Source: Octopus bimaculoides
Lineage: Eukaryota
DNA length: 36,841 bases
Reading direction: 5' to 3'
NCBI RefSeq assembly: GCF_001194135.2
Contig: NC_068992.1
Coordinates: forward strand, 15,108,013 to 15,144,853
Every line of letters begins with the position of its first letter. The stretch's first letter is position 1. The notes under the pieces were generated by a model. The model saw only the letters and a program-made list of their open reading frames with translations, searched no databases and was not told where the DNA came from. A program made the position numbers and the translations under genes. Below are positions 20,499 through 32,223 of the stretch, in pieces.

Positions 20499-21257
20499 TT
20501 AAAGGATAACAAAAAACTAAAGCGAAAAAGAATGAGGTATGCCTATTTCATAGACAAAACCGATTTTCTTCCCCATCATTTGTTTTGACTGCTATATGAG
20601 CTCTTTGAACAATTAGAATGCTTAGGAACATCTTCGTTCCCCACCCAAAGACTTAATATTTCCTTTTTTGTATCATCCTGCTTTAATGTGAGAAAAATCT
20701 ATAAACTCATAAAAGGTCGGTGTATTTATGCATCAACGATACATGAATACCTTGATACAACCATTCACATGGATTAATAATTAATCTTTAGTAAATCTCT
20801 TTGGACCCAGACAAAAATATCTCGTGATTCTAGATTAAACAGAATCATTTCCATAATGGCTCAGACAGTAACGGATCAACATGCCATCGAAATAATTTGT
20901 TAATCCTTGTGACTTTGGAGTTGTTACAACTAAAGATTTAAAGGCCTAAAACGTCAGATGGTACAAAACATAAGTTATCTAAAAACGAAAATATGTTCCC
21001 GCATAGTGACCAGTATGATATAAATTCTGAATCTTCCTCCATACGCTTTACGTGAACTGAAAGAAACACCGTACTAGCTAGGGTCCCACTTTGAAATAGT
21101 TTTAAAAGCAATTATGAATGTTCGTGGCAATATAAAAGAGTCATGGTTTTGGGCTTAAGAACCCAATTAAAATTTTAAAATGTTCTTGAGCGTTCTTTTC
21201 CATGGATTTCCAAGTTGAATATATATATATGTGTGTGTGTGTGTGTGCGTGTGTATA

Positions 21258-21409
21258 ACTTGGTGGTTTGGTATAAGTGACCGATAGAAAAAGTACTAGG
21301 CGTTACTTTAAAAATTTAAAAACTCACGTCGATTCTTTCAGCGGAAACCTTTCTAGGAGGTGTCCCAGCATGTCCGCAGTCGAATGACTGAAACAAGTAA
21401 AAAATAAGA
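21258..21409 (+). mobile_element. Family M SINE 3' fragment preceded by (TA)/(TG) tract
   Basis: gaccgatagaaaaagtactaggc...ccagcatgtccgcagtcgaatgactgaaacaagtaaaa. Confidence 0.75.
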
Positions 21410-22437
21410 CATACAATAAAGATACACATAAATATATACGTATATACATACACATATACAAACAATGCATACATTTGTGTGTATGCGTGTGTGTAGTGTA
21501 TACCTATGAGAGATAATAATGTTAGTGCCTATATATATATGATTGGAAAATCGGAAAAGCACGATCTTCACAAATCATATAAACACAAAGTGGATAGGAA
21601 TGTTGTGGGACTACTTTAAACACACCATCTACATCTACTCACCGTTTTTGCTAGTATTCTTAAAGGAGATGAATATTTTTCGCAGCATAAAAATGAAAAC
21701 ATTCTCCTACCTTCGTCACTGACAGAATAGAAATCTAAGCCAAAAGAATTTGCTGATGAATGTTACATGTAAATGTTGTTGTTACACAATATCATTTACA
21801 TTAACAGGTAGTGGAATTAATTTACCATATCGTTTTCTTCGACGGTGAACAAAACTTTGGGAGGAAAATTGCTGTTGCTTCGTCTATGAGAGACAGTTTT
21901 TGTTTCTTGGAATACGGAATACAATCCTCGGGGTATCATTAGAAGCACTGACCCTCACACGAATATTTGGAAGTTTCTGCTTCATTGCAGATACAACTAG
22001 TTAAAGCAAACGATTTTGTTACGTGACATTTTCCCATAAACTTCCATTAATGTGAATGCGACCTTTGCATTTTTATTCTGTACAATGCAGAAACTCTTTA
22101 CCAATTCCATATATTCAATCTAAGCGATAGCAAAATTCATTTAATAATAAAAATTTGTTTTCACCTTTTTTTCCTATAAAAGCCTCTCCAAAGGGATAAT
22201 TTATTTAGTTTTAACTTCGTAAAAGATTGCAGCAAATAGTAATCTAAACTGTGTGCTGGCTTAAAAAAAGAATATTAATATTTATTTGAAAAGAATACAA
22301 CACTGTTCCACAGCAAGCATATTAAGATTGAACACGCGCACACACGCTCACGCACACAGATATTTACTCAAGACTGTCGGAAAAATTCGCATTAAAGACA
22401 ATATTTGAAGAAAGATTTTCATAAATTAAACATTATC

Positions 22438-22478
<41 letters not shown>

Positions 22479-22886
22479 TTTCGAAACCCCGGGATAACAC
22501 CAATGTTATGGAACAAGGTTTTTGTGCTGTGTTAAGTTCTTTCCGCTCTTTTCAGTTTTTCAAACACACGTATTATCAGTATACGATAATATATGATAAT
22601 GTAATACGTCCGTCTATCCATCCATCCATCCATCCATCCATCCACACATCCATACATCCACATACATACATACATACATACATACATGCATGCATACATA
22701 CATTCATGCATGCATACACAAACCAGTCGATTAGCAGACTCACTAGGGTGTCAGAATACGTTCCTATATCTGTTTTGGCTCTGTGTCCAAATAACGCTAA
22801 GGAGATCTTTGACTTTCAGTGATTCGGGATCAAAAAAATTTACAAGCCCCAAAACTGATGCTAGTAATAGTAGTAGTAGTAGTAGT

Positions 22887-23102
22887 AATGTTTGCGAATT
22901 TTTGCGCAAGGCCATCAGCTACGAGGGAGGGAGTATATCAATTATATCGACCCAGCACTCAAGTAGGACTTATTTTATCGACCCCGAAGAGATGAACGGT
23001 AAAGTCCACCTCGATCGAATTTGTACTCAGAACGTGATGACGGACAAAATGCCGCTAAGCATTGTGCTCGGCATGCTAACAATTCTGCCAGCTCACCGCC
23101 TT
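22887..23102 (-). mobile_element. Family A SINE, full length
   Basis: Reverse complement of head, B-box, body and tail; (AAT)n at 23103-23145. Confidence 0.9.
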
Positions 23103-23154
23103 AATAATAATAATAATAATAATAATAATGAAAATAATAATAGTAATATTCTGC

Positions 23155-23210
23155 TCTGAGTTCTAATTCCGCCGAGGTCGACTTTGCCATTCATCCTTTC
23201 GGGATCGAAT
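23155..23210 (+). mobile_element. Family A SINE central fragment
   Basis: tctgagttctaattccgccgaggtcgactttgccattcatcctttcgggatcga. Confidence 0.85.
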
Positions 23211-23409
23211 ATTAATAACATATAATATATAATATAATATTAATAATGTTGTATATTGTCAACTTAACGTGACAGTCCCAATAAGGGAATATACTACTGC
23301 TGTTTAGCCCTAGGAAGCTGGACCGCTTCCTGTCGGCCTTGACACATTTCCTATGTCCTTATGTTTGCGGGGGAAAGAAATGTGTTATTTCTAATATTAA
23401 TAATATTCT

Positions 23410-23862
23410 GCAAATATTCTGCTCAGTACCACGGATTTATTTGTCTGTTTTTTTTTACCTTAACCAGCTGAGCATGTCCCTTAGTGGCTGACGATATGTG
23501 CATCTCTGATCACGAGCAGAAGTAGTGGGGGAGCATCATAGCCATGTGTTGAGAGGTATTCTTTGGGGGTTTGGATAATTCACCTTTGGAAACATGGGTG
23601 TTTTGTTCAACATCCTTAAACAATCCTTATTCAGGGACCTTTTGAGCGGGATGAGCTACTCGACCTGACGAAAATTCTAACTGGATCCCACCTTCATGGC
23701 CATACGCTGTTTATATTGATATGAGATCACCATGTCACGCACATATGGTTGTGATGCATTTTTCTAGTGTACCCTTATCAGACGGGTAGTCATGATGGGT
23801 ATAATGGGCTTCGTATATTTTACCCCAGTGTCATTTTGATAGCATGCACTGCTCTCTCATTC
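23410..23862 (+). mobile_element. Second copy of the ~554-bp (AAT)n-associated repeat, left end truncated
   Basis: Colinear with 2217-2663; same right end followed by (AAT)n. Confidence 0.9.
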
Positions 23863-23897
<35 letters not shown>

Positions 23898-24006
23898 GGA
23901 TCTNNNNNNNNNNNNNNNNNNNNNNNNNNNNNNNNNNNNNNNNNNNNNNNNNNNNNNNNNNNNNNNNNNNNNNNNNNNNNNNNNNNNNNNNNNNNNNNNN
24001 NNNNNA

Positions 24007-24347
24007 TTGTCTTATTTCGATAATTTCTACTAATCACTGACGTCTATTCAGTTGAAAACAGTTAGCGCTGTAACGGTGTATATCGTATTAATCCCCTAAC
24101 CCTAACCCTAACTAGACTGTTAACTGTAACCGTAACCCTAACCCTAACTCTAGAATCCGAACTCTAAAATTGTTACACACATAGATATGCACAGCGTAAT
24201 TTATTATATAAATAATATATGCGTATAAATTACGATTAAACCGGATGAAATATGTCACAGGGAATAACATTTTTATGACCGCCCAGCAGTAACTCTATTC
24301 AGCTGAATAGACGTCAGTGATTGGTTGAAATTACAGAAATACGACAA
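24007..24347. mobile_element. MITE-like element with ~70-bp imperfect TIRs and internal (CCCTAA)n
   Basis: ttgtcttatttcgataatttctactaatcactgacgtctattcagttgaa... versus ...ttcagctgaatagacgtcagtgattggttgaaattacagaaatacgacaa; five perfect CCCTAA units at 24094-24147. Left flank is a gap. Confidence 0.75.
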
Positions 24348-24364
24348 CTTTAACATGGAATAAC

Positions 24365-24412
24365 TTGCGAATTCGCCCGACGTTCTAACGATTCGGCCAG
24401 TTCGCTGCCTTA
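24365..24412 (-). mobile_element. Family A SINE head fragment followed by (AAC)/(AAT)n
   Basis: cccgacgttctaacgattcggccagttcgctgcctt. Confidence 0.7.
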
Positions 24413-24432
24413 ACAACAACAACAACAACAAC

Positions 24433-24466
<34 letters not shown>

Positions 24467-24687
24467 TGCATATTCAGTAGTGTATTAACAGCGGGAAGAA
24501 ACATAAATGATCCCGTTTATTCATACGTGTTTGAATGCACGATATGCTGGACCACGTGATGTAGCCGAGAGATATTGGATATCCTATACGAAATTATAGA
24601 TCGAGGGAAACAGTGATATGCTGTACTTTAGACTAATTTAATCCATGTCAGCATGGAATATTGGACGCTATGATGACGTTGATAACA

Positions 24688-24724
<37 letters not shown>

Positions 24725-24977
24725 CGACGACGATGCCGCATTTTTACGAGAAGAATTGAATTTGTTTTTTAGAGATGTCGATTTGAATTTACTTGAATCT
24801 CGGCCGTACCAACAATATCTATTGTTACAAATTCCGCATTCACTTTGTTTTTCCGAGTAGGTGTGGTTAGAGGTTGAGAAATTCAATATTTCAGAAGATC
24901 GGATTTTTCTTGGCACTGCAGAATAGATGTCAGTTTAGAAATACGCGTTTTTCTTTGTGCCTCCCTGTGCGAATGTA

Positions 24978-25013
<36 letters not shown>

Positions 25014-25526
25014 GTTTCATTATAAAAATGGTAAAATCCAAGCAATATTGATATCGATTCTGTTTAGAAACACACAGAGCAAAATCGTTGCGGGGAAAAG
25101 ATTACTGCAAAGTAATGGACTGCAGTGTAATGCAATAACTAGGACTCATTTCATCCGGGATGAGCAATAAGAATGAGAAAGAACTAAATGGATGAAAACT
25201 AAAGGTATTTTTTTCAATCGGTTTCGAAAGGGATCGCTTCTGATTCATGAATTTTCAGTGTTTTCGAGACTGGTGAGAGGCAAGGAAGATGCTACCCTCA
25301 AACCGGGGTTCCGGTGTGAATGCTTGCGTTATCATGAGGTTCTTATGAGCAAAGGGCCACCCATTTGTAAACATGTTGTGTGACCGATTAAATCGCTTCA
25401 CTTGACTTTGTAGTTTGCAGTTACTTATCTTGCCGACACTGGCTGGATTTGAACGCAAGACTAAGTGATGTAACAAAATAATGCAAGGAATCTAGCTCGT
25501 GTTTATGTTAAGTTTGGAAGGAAACG

Positions 25527-25836
25527 GTGGAGGCGCAATGGCCCAGTGGTTAGGGCAGCGGATTCGCAGTCAGAGGATCGCGGTTTCGATTCCCAGACTG
25601 GGGGTTGTGTGTGTTTATTGAGCGAAAACACCTAAAGCTCCACCAGGCTCCAGCTGGGGGTGGTAGCGACCCCTGTTGTTCTCTTTCACCCCAACTTTCT
25701 CTCACTGTTTCTTGAGTAAAGCTGCGATAGACTGGCGTCCCGTCCAGTTGGAGGGGGGAACACATACGCCATAGAAACTGGGAAACCGGGCCCATGAGCC
25801 TGGTTAGGCCTTAAAAGGGTACAAATAAAAATAAAA
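25527..25836 (+). mobile_element. Family B' SINE: family B head and body with a different 3' half
   Basis: First ~180 nt colinear with 18410 onward, then gctgcgatagactggcgtcccgtccag...aaaccgggcccatg..., tail aaataaaaataaaa; 13-bp TSD ttggaaggaaacg 25514-25526 / ttggaaggagacg 25837-25849. Confidence 0.9.
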
Positions 25837-26457
25837 TTGGAAGGAGACGACTGGGCGCAGTTGACTGGGCATTCGAACTGCTTTGGCGATAGAATGTTTT
25901 GGCGTGGGAGAGGGGGAAACTCACCCCTATCCATAAACACTCATGTACACACACGCGTGCAGAGAAATATAGACATACAGATACAGAACGTGAGAGAGGG
26001 GTAAAAAGAGTGGAAGAGAGAGGGAATGAAAGAGAAGGCGAAAGAGGAAAAGAGAGGGAGAGAGAGAGAAGAAGAGATAGGGACAAAGACATTTCACATA
26101 CATACAAAGACAACTGGATGTTCACACATATAAAGAGAAAGAGAGAATGAAAAGAGATTACATTATAGATACATAAAGCATAACTAGATGCTCTCACAGA
26201 GAGAGGGGGAGAGAAGGAGACAGAGAAAAATATTAAAATGTGTAAAACATTAATGTCCGATGTCAAATAAGTTTGCTTTGAATGAGCGACGCCAAATATT
26301 CGGTGCCATAACGGCTGTGCCAAAACGTCTCATATCGTTTTTTTGTCAGTTCATTCTCAATAAAATAAGTATCAGTCAAGTACTAAATTCATCACTTAAA
26401 AAAGAGAACGAAATATGAGACACATGCCTTTATTAATAACTATTATTACTAATGCTA

Positions 26458-26650
26458 AAAAGCGGCGAGCTGGCAGAAAATTAGCACGCCGGGCGAAATG
26501 CTTAGCGGTATTTCGTCTGTCTTTATGTTCTGGGTTCAAATTCCGCCGAGGTCGACTTTGCCCAGTTACATTCTGGGGTTGATCTACTCAAGTGCCTCCC
26601 CACTCCTCCCAAATTTCGGGCTTTGTGCCTAGAGAAGAAAAGATAATTAC
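26458..26650 (+). mobile_element. Family A SINE with internal deletion
   Basis: gcggcgagctggcagaaaattagcacgccgggcgaaatgcttagcgg...gggttcaaattccgccgaggtcgactttgcc. Confidence 0.9.
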
Positions 26651-27246
26651 TAGTGTTANNNNNNNNNNNNNNNNNNNNNNNNNNNNNNNNNNNNNNNNNN
26701 NNNNNNNNNNNNNNNNNNNNNNNNNNNNNNNNNNNNNNNNNNNNNNNNNNNNNNNNNNNNNNNNNNNNNNNNNNNNNNNNNNNNNNNNNNNNNNNNNNNN
26801 NNNNNNNNNNNNNNNNNNNNNNNNNNNNNNNNNNNNNNNNNNNNNNNNNNNNNNNNNNNNNNNNNNNNNNNNNNNNNNNNNNNNNNNNNNNNNNNNNNNN
26901 NNNNNNNNNNNNNNNNNNNNNNNNNNNNNNNNNNNNNNNNNNNNNNNNNNNNNNNNNNNNNNNNNNNNNNNNNNNNNNNNNNNNNNNNNNNNNNNNNNNN
27001 NNNNNNNNNNNNNNNNNNNNNNNNNNNNNNNNNNNNNNNNNNNNNNNNNNNNNNNNNNNNNNNNNNNNNNNNNNNNNNNNNNNNNNNNNNNNNNNNNNNN
27101 NNNNNNNNNNNNNNNNNNNNNNNNNNNNNNNNNNNNNNNNNNNNNNNNNNNNNNNNNNNNNNNNNNNNNNNNNNNNNNNNNNNNNNNNNNNNNNNNNNNN
27201 NNNNNNNNNNNNNNNNNNNNNNNNNNNNNNNNNNNNNNNNNNNNNN

Positions 27247-27503
27247 TTCTCGGGGGTATTCAGCGTGACACAGTGTGACAAGGCTGACCCTTTGAATTAC
27301 AGGCACAACAGAAACAGGAAGTAAGAGTGAGAGAAATTGTGGTGAAATAGTACAGCAGAGTTCGCCACCATCCCCTGCCGGAGCCTCGTGGAGCTTTAGG
27401 TGTTTTCGCTCAATAAACACTCACAACGCCCGGTCTGGGAATCGAAACCACGATCCTATGACCGCGAGTCCACTGCCCTAACCACTGGCCATTGCGCCTC
27501 CAC
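27247..27503 (-). mobile_element. Family B SINE, 3' part lost in gap
   Basis: Reverse complement of the first ~255 nt of 18410-18796. Confidence 0.93.
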
Positions 27504-28749
27504 AACCGAGGTCGATGTAATCCTCCTTTAAAATTTGCTGGTATTGTGTGCCAAAATTAGACAGAATTATTCTTGTTGTTATTAAGACTTGACTAAGTTC
27601 AAATTCTTCCAAGGTCGCCGTTTTTATATTCATTTTATTCTTCTGGAGGACCAATGAAACTAGGGGCAAGACAAGCATATGATATGATTCAATATATAAT
27701 GCATCCGTTTATTTATCATCATATTTGTTATTATTTTATAAAGGTCCATATCAATATAATTGAATAAGGAATCGTTATTAAGTCCTCTACGATCTGAATT
27801 CAAACTTCACCATATTTAAGCCTGCAGCTATATAACTAAACAATATGGCATAGTAATTATTATTTCCAACAGCGTTGTACTGTTAGAGAACGGACTTTTT
27901 CAATTATCTTAAACAATATTTCAGGAAATAACACCAGCCAATATTTCCCTCTCTAAATTTTAATTTATTTAGTATTTTTGTTTTACTTCTGTGCTAAAAT
28001 AAATAGAATAAATATAATATATATAAAATAGCCAGAAGATTTCAGTTGGTGAGGTTAGAACGAATGTATTTTACTTCAGTTACAATATGAAGAAACATTA
28101 TCGAGAGAGAGAGAGAGAGAGAGAGGTGTCACCCGTTTTAATAAACCATCTGATCTGTATTATTTATTTCATTGGTTTTGTTTCGTGCTGTTGTTTTGTT
28201 TTTCGAATATTTATTCGCAGTCGCTGTCACTAGGTGGCAGTTTCTTTGTTAAATATAGTAGTTTTGTCTTTTAATATTTTGTGACTTAGAAATATGGTTA
28301 TCGAAATGGCGACAACGTTGAAGATTTTGACGAAAGAGAAAGAGGACTGTAGTTGTGGAAAATGGTTATGGCAGTGTTTCATTGTCAATGACGACTATAT
28401 CGATGGTGATGATAATGATGATGTCGTAGTTTCTATCGACTAAATTCACTCAGCCATTTCTGAGATGCAGAGGCCATTGTGGTAGCGGTAGCAAAGGTAC
28501 AGAACATGAACACAACACTCACAACAACATCTTTACTTCAGCAAGTATAGAATTTTCTATGGAATTCTCAGAACGTCTTAGAATCCAAGCGCATGCGTAG
28601 TTCGTTGTTGTTTATTGCATAATTCTGAGTCTGATGACCTTCAATCAAGTCAATCAGATTATTTGTAAGGAATCTCTCTATTGAACGGAAAACTCACTGA
28701 TTGGCTACATTCCATTTCATTCCAGTATATTCTCTTTCTGTCACCCGCT

Positions 28750-28957
28750 TATATATATATATATATATATATATAACATATCGCACAAACATTCTCTCTT
28801 CGACAAGGCACACTTGAACAAATCACACATATATATATATATATACATACATACATATATATACATATATATATATATATACATACATACACATATATAC
28901 ATACATACACATATATATACATACATATATACATATACATACATACACATATATATA

Positions 28958-29035
<78 letters not shown>

Positions 29036-29712
29036 NNNNNNNNNNNNNNNNNNNNNNNNNNNNNNNNNNNNNNNNNNNNNNNNNNNNNNNNNNNNNNNNN
29101 NNNNNNNNNNNNNNNNNNNNNNNNNNNNNNNNNNNNNNNNNNNNNNNNNNNNNNNNNNNNNNNNNNNNNNNNNNNNNNNNNNNNNNNNNNNNNNNNNNNN
29201 NNNNNNNNNNNNNNNNNNNNNNNNNNNNNNNNNNNNNNNNNNNNNNNNNNNNNNNNNNNNNNNNNNNNNNNNNNNNNNNNNNNNNNNNNNNNNNNNNNNN
29301 NNNNNNNNNNNNNNNNNNNNNNNNNNNNNNNNNNNNNNNNNNNNNNNNNNNNNNNNNNNNNNNNNNNNNNNNNNNNNNNNNNNNNNNNNNNNNNNNTACA
29401 TACATACATATATACATACATACATATATACATACATATATATCTATATATATACATACATACATATATATATATACATACATACATACATATATATATA
29501 CATACATACATACATATATATATACATACATACATACATATACATACATACATACATACATATATATATACATACATACATATATACATACATACATATA
29601 TACATACATACATACATATATACATACATACATATATACATACATACATACATACATATATACATACATACATATATACGTCTAGAATTATATATATATA
29701 TATATATATATG
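28750..29712. repeat. Large compound (TA)n/(TACA)n microsatellite spanning a gap
   Basis: Direct. Confidence 0.97.
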
Positions 29713-29768
29713 ACGTATTGAAGGTTATAATTCAAGATAGTTGTTATATCATATCATAGAAGACTTAC

Positions 29769-29862
29769 TGCTTATTAATAGGAAACTTAGTTTACTGGTG
29801 CTTCCACCCTACCAGCCTGCTCGGCTGCTCGCTCTATCATCATCACAATCACAATCACCACC

Positions 29863-29896
<34 letters not shown>

Positions 29897-29936
29897 TCGC
29901 TGTCATCGTCGTCATTGCTGTGTCAAAATTTATCTT
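29769..29936 (-). other. Candidate non-coding (UTR-like) exon
   Basis: Minus-strand acceptor ctttattttacag and consensus donor GCA|GTAAGT bound a 168-nt segment with stops in all three frames. Confidence 0.3.
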
Positions 29937-30610
29937 CTGTAAAATAAAGCTTCCTTCATCAAGGTTCATTGTTGTAAGCGCAGTATTAGAATTACTAAAT
30001 CGACCTTTCTTTAAAACGAAAACGTTTGAAATACTTCATTGAATAAACGTAAATAAAAAGTTTTCGGCTCGCATTGATTATCATTTTAAAGTTATTCACA
30101 CACACAGACACAGACACAGACACGCATGCGCATGCGAGTACAATACTTATATACATTCTTTTACATAACTACGAGCACAAATTAGCATATATGCAAGTGT
30201 GCGTTATGTTACATAATCTATGCAAATACGCCTTCGTACATTCGCGTATCTATGTATGTGTGCATATATAAATGTGTATGTGTGCATATATAAATGTGTA
30301 TGTGTATGTATTTGCGTGCGTGTGTGTGTGTGTGGTTGAGTGTGATTGTGTTTGAGCCTTGCGACGTATCTTAATCAGAAATTCGTTTGTTTGTTCTTAT
30401 TCTGATTGGTTATTACTGTGATTTGTGTACGTTACAGAAAGATGAGAGAGTAAAATTATATTTCAAAAAGAAAACTTCAATTATTTTCGGAAGTAGTTTG
30501 AAAATAAATTTGTTATTTTAGACAAAATAAAGATATAAAAATAATATCGATTCTGGTAGAAACAAAGGTATGAAACAAAACACACTCACAGACACCTAAA
30601 TGTTCATACA

Positions 30611-30659
<49 letters not shown>

Positions 30660-30792
30660 AAACACAAATACACATATATACTCAGTATCTATGTATACAT
30701 GTGTATATATGTGTGTGCGTGCGGTCGAATGTGTCTGTATATTCATACACACACATATGTATGCACGCATATATTAGTTTTATATTATATAT

Positions 30793-30825
<33 letters not shown>

Positions 30826-31124
30826 CCGAGTAAGTTATATGTGTATATTTTTTACAAATGTTTATATGTATATATCTATGTATATATACACACACACGCA
30901 CACACACAAACGCATAAATATTATGCAAAAACGAAGCAGAAATATAAAGTATAATCGAAAACCATTTACATATTTGATTTATCTTTCCGTTTTGTTATTA
31001 CCAACAGCAGTTAAACGATTCGACATAAAAATGATGGATAATGCTTCATCATGGCGACTACATAACATTCGCAAAAAACGATTTTTCGTCACCCTTTCAC
31101 TCTTGTACTTCATCAGAAGTTTGT

Positions 31125-31319
31125 TGTTTAGTCTTAAGTCTTATAAAATTGTGTAGAACTGTAAGCAAACGTATATCTAAGACTGCAATGTTAAAGATGT
31201 CCGTTGGATGAAATTTAGTTACTATACTTAGCAAGCGTGGCTGTATGGCTAAGAAAGCTCGTTTCAAATTTTGACACAAGGCTAGAAATTACGGGTGGAG
31301 AATGTAGTGGATTAAAACG
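31125..31319 (+). repeat. 195-bp direct repeat, left copy (putative TSD)
   Basis: Matches 31709-31903 with 7 substitutions and no indels. Confidence 0.95.
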
Positions 31320-31708
31320 TTGTTGTTGTTGGCACTCCGTCGCTTACGACGTCTAGGGTTCCAGTTGATCCGATCAACGGAACAGCCTGCTCGTGAAATT
31401 AACGTGCAAGTGGCTGAGCACTCCACTGACACGTGTACCCTTAACGTAGTTCTCGGGGATATTCAGCGTGACACAGTGTGTGACAAGGTTGGCCCTTTGA
31501 AATACAGGCACAACAGAAACAGGAAGTAAGAGTGAGAGAAAGTTGTGGTGAAAGAGTACAGCAGGGTTCATCACCATCTCCTGCCGGGGCATCGTGGAGC
31601 TTTAGGTGTTTTCACTCAATAAACACTCACAACGCCCGGTCTGGGAATCGAAACCGCGATCCTATGACTGCGAGTCTGCTGCCCTAACCACTGGGCCATT
31701 GCGCCTCC
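31320..31708 (-). mobile_element. Family B SINE, full length
   Basis: Reverse complement of 18410-18796 from GGAGGCGC to the (AAC)n tail. Confidence 0.95.
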
Positions 31709-31903
31709 TGTTTAGGCCTAAGTCTTATGAAATTGTGTAGAACTGTAAGCAAACGTATATCTATGACTGCAATGTTAAAGATGCCCGTTGGATGAAATTT
31801 AGTTACTATACTTAGCAAGCGTGGCTGTGTGGCTAAGAAAGCTCGTTTCAAATTTTGACACAAGGCTAGAAATTACGGGTGGAGAATGTGGTGGATTAAA
31901 ACG
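31709..31903 (+). repeat. 195-bp direct repeat, right copy (putative TSD)
   Basis: See left copy; continues into the rest of a family A fragment (to about 31965). Confidence 0.95.
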
Positions 31904-31973
31904 ACTCCAGTGCTTAACTGGTACTTATCGATCCCGAAAGGATGAAAGACAAACTCGGTGGAATACAACCACT

Positions 31974-32193
31974 AAATATTTGTTTCAAATTCTGGCACAA
32001 AGTCAGCAATTTCGAGGAATGAGGTGCGTCGATTAGATCGACCCATCCCCCGAGTTCAACATGTACTTATTTTATCGACTCCGAAAGGATGAAAGACCAA
32101 AGTCGACTTCGACAGAAATTGAGCTCGGACGAAATGCTCCTAAGTATTTAATCCGGCCTGTTTACAATTACAATTCTGCCAGTTCATCGCCTT
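31974..32193 (-). mobile_element. Family A SINE, full length
   Basis: Reverse complement of tail, body, B-box and head (ttctgccagttcatcgcctt). Confidence 0.88.
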
Positions 32194-32223
32194 ATTTAGG
32201 TTCCTTTGCATCTGGTAGAAATT

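Noticed and set aside
21753-21800. CTGATGA followed by hairpins
   Set aside because: GTAAA instead of GAAA and no valid stem I; only a small AT-rich hairpin.
24094-24147. Chromosome end or true telomere
   Set aside because: Only five perfect units, internal to an inverted-repeat element.
25850-26335. Possible MITE with degenerate TIRs (gagacg..ggc.cag / ..gtgccaaaacgtctc)
   Set aside because: Arm similarity is too low to call by eye.
31125-31903. Substitution bias between the two 195-bp copies (5 of 7 are A/T in left versus G/C in right transitions)
   Set aside because: Too few sites to infer editing or deamination.
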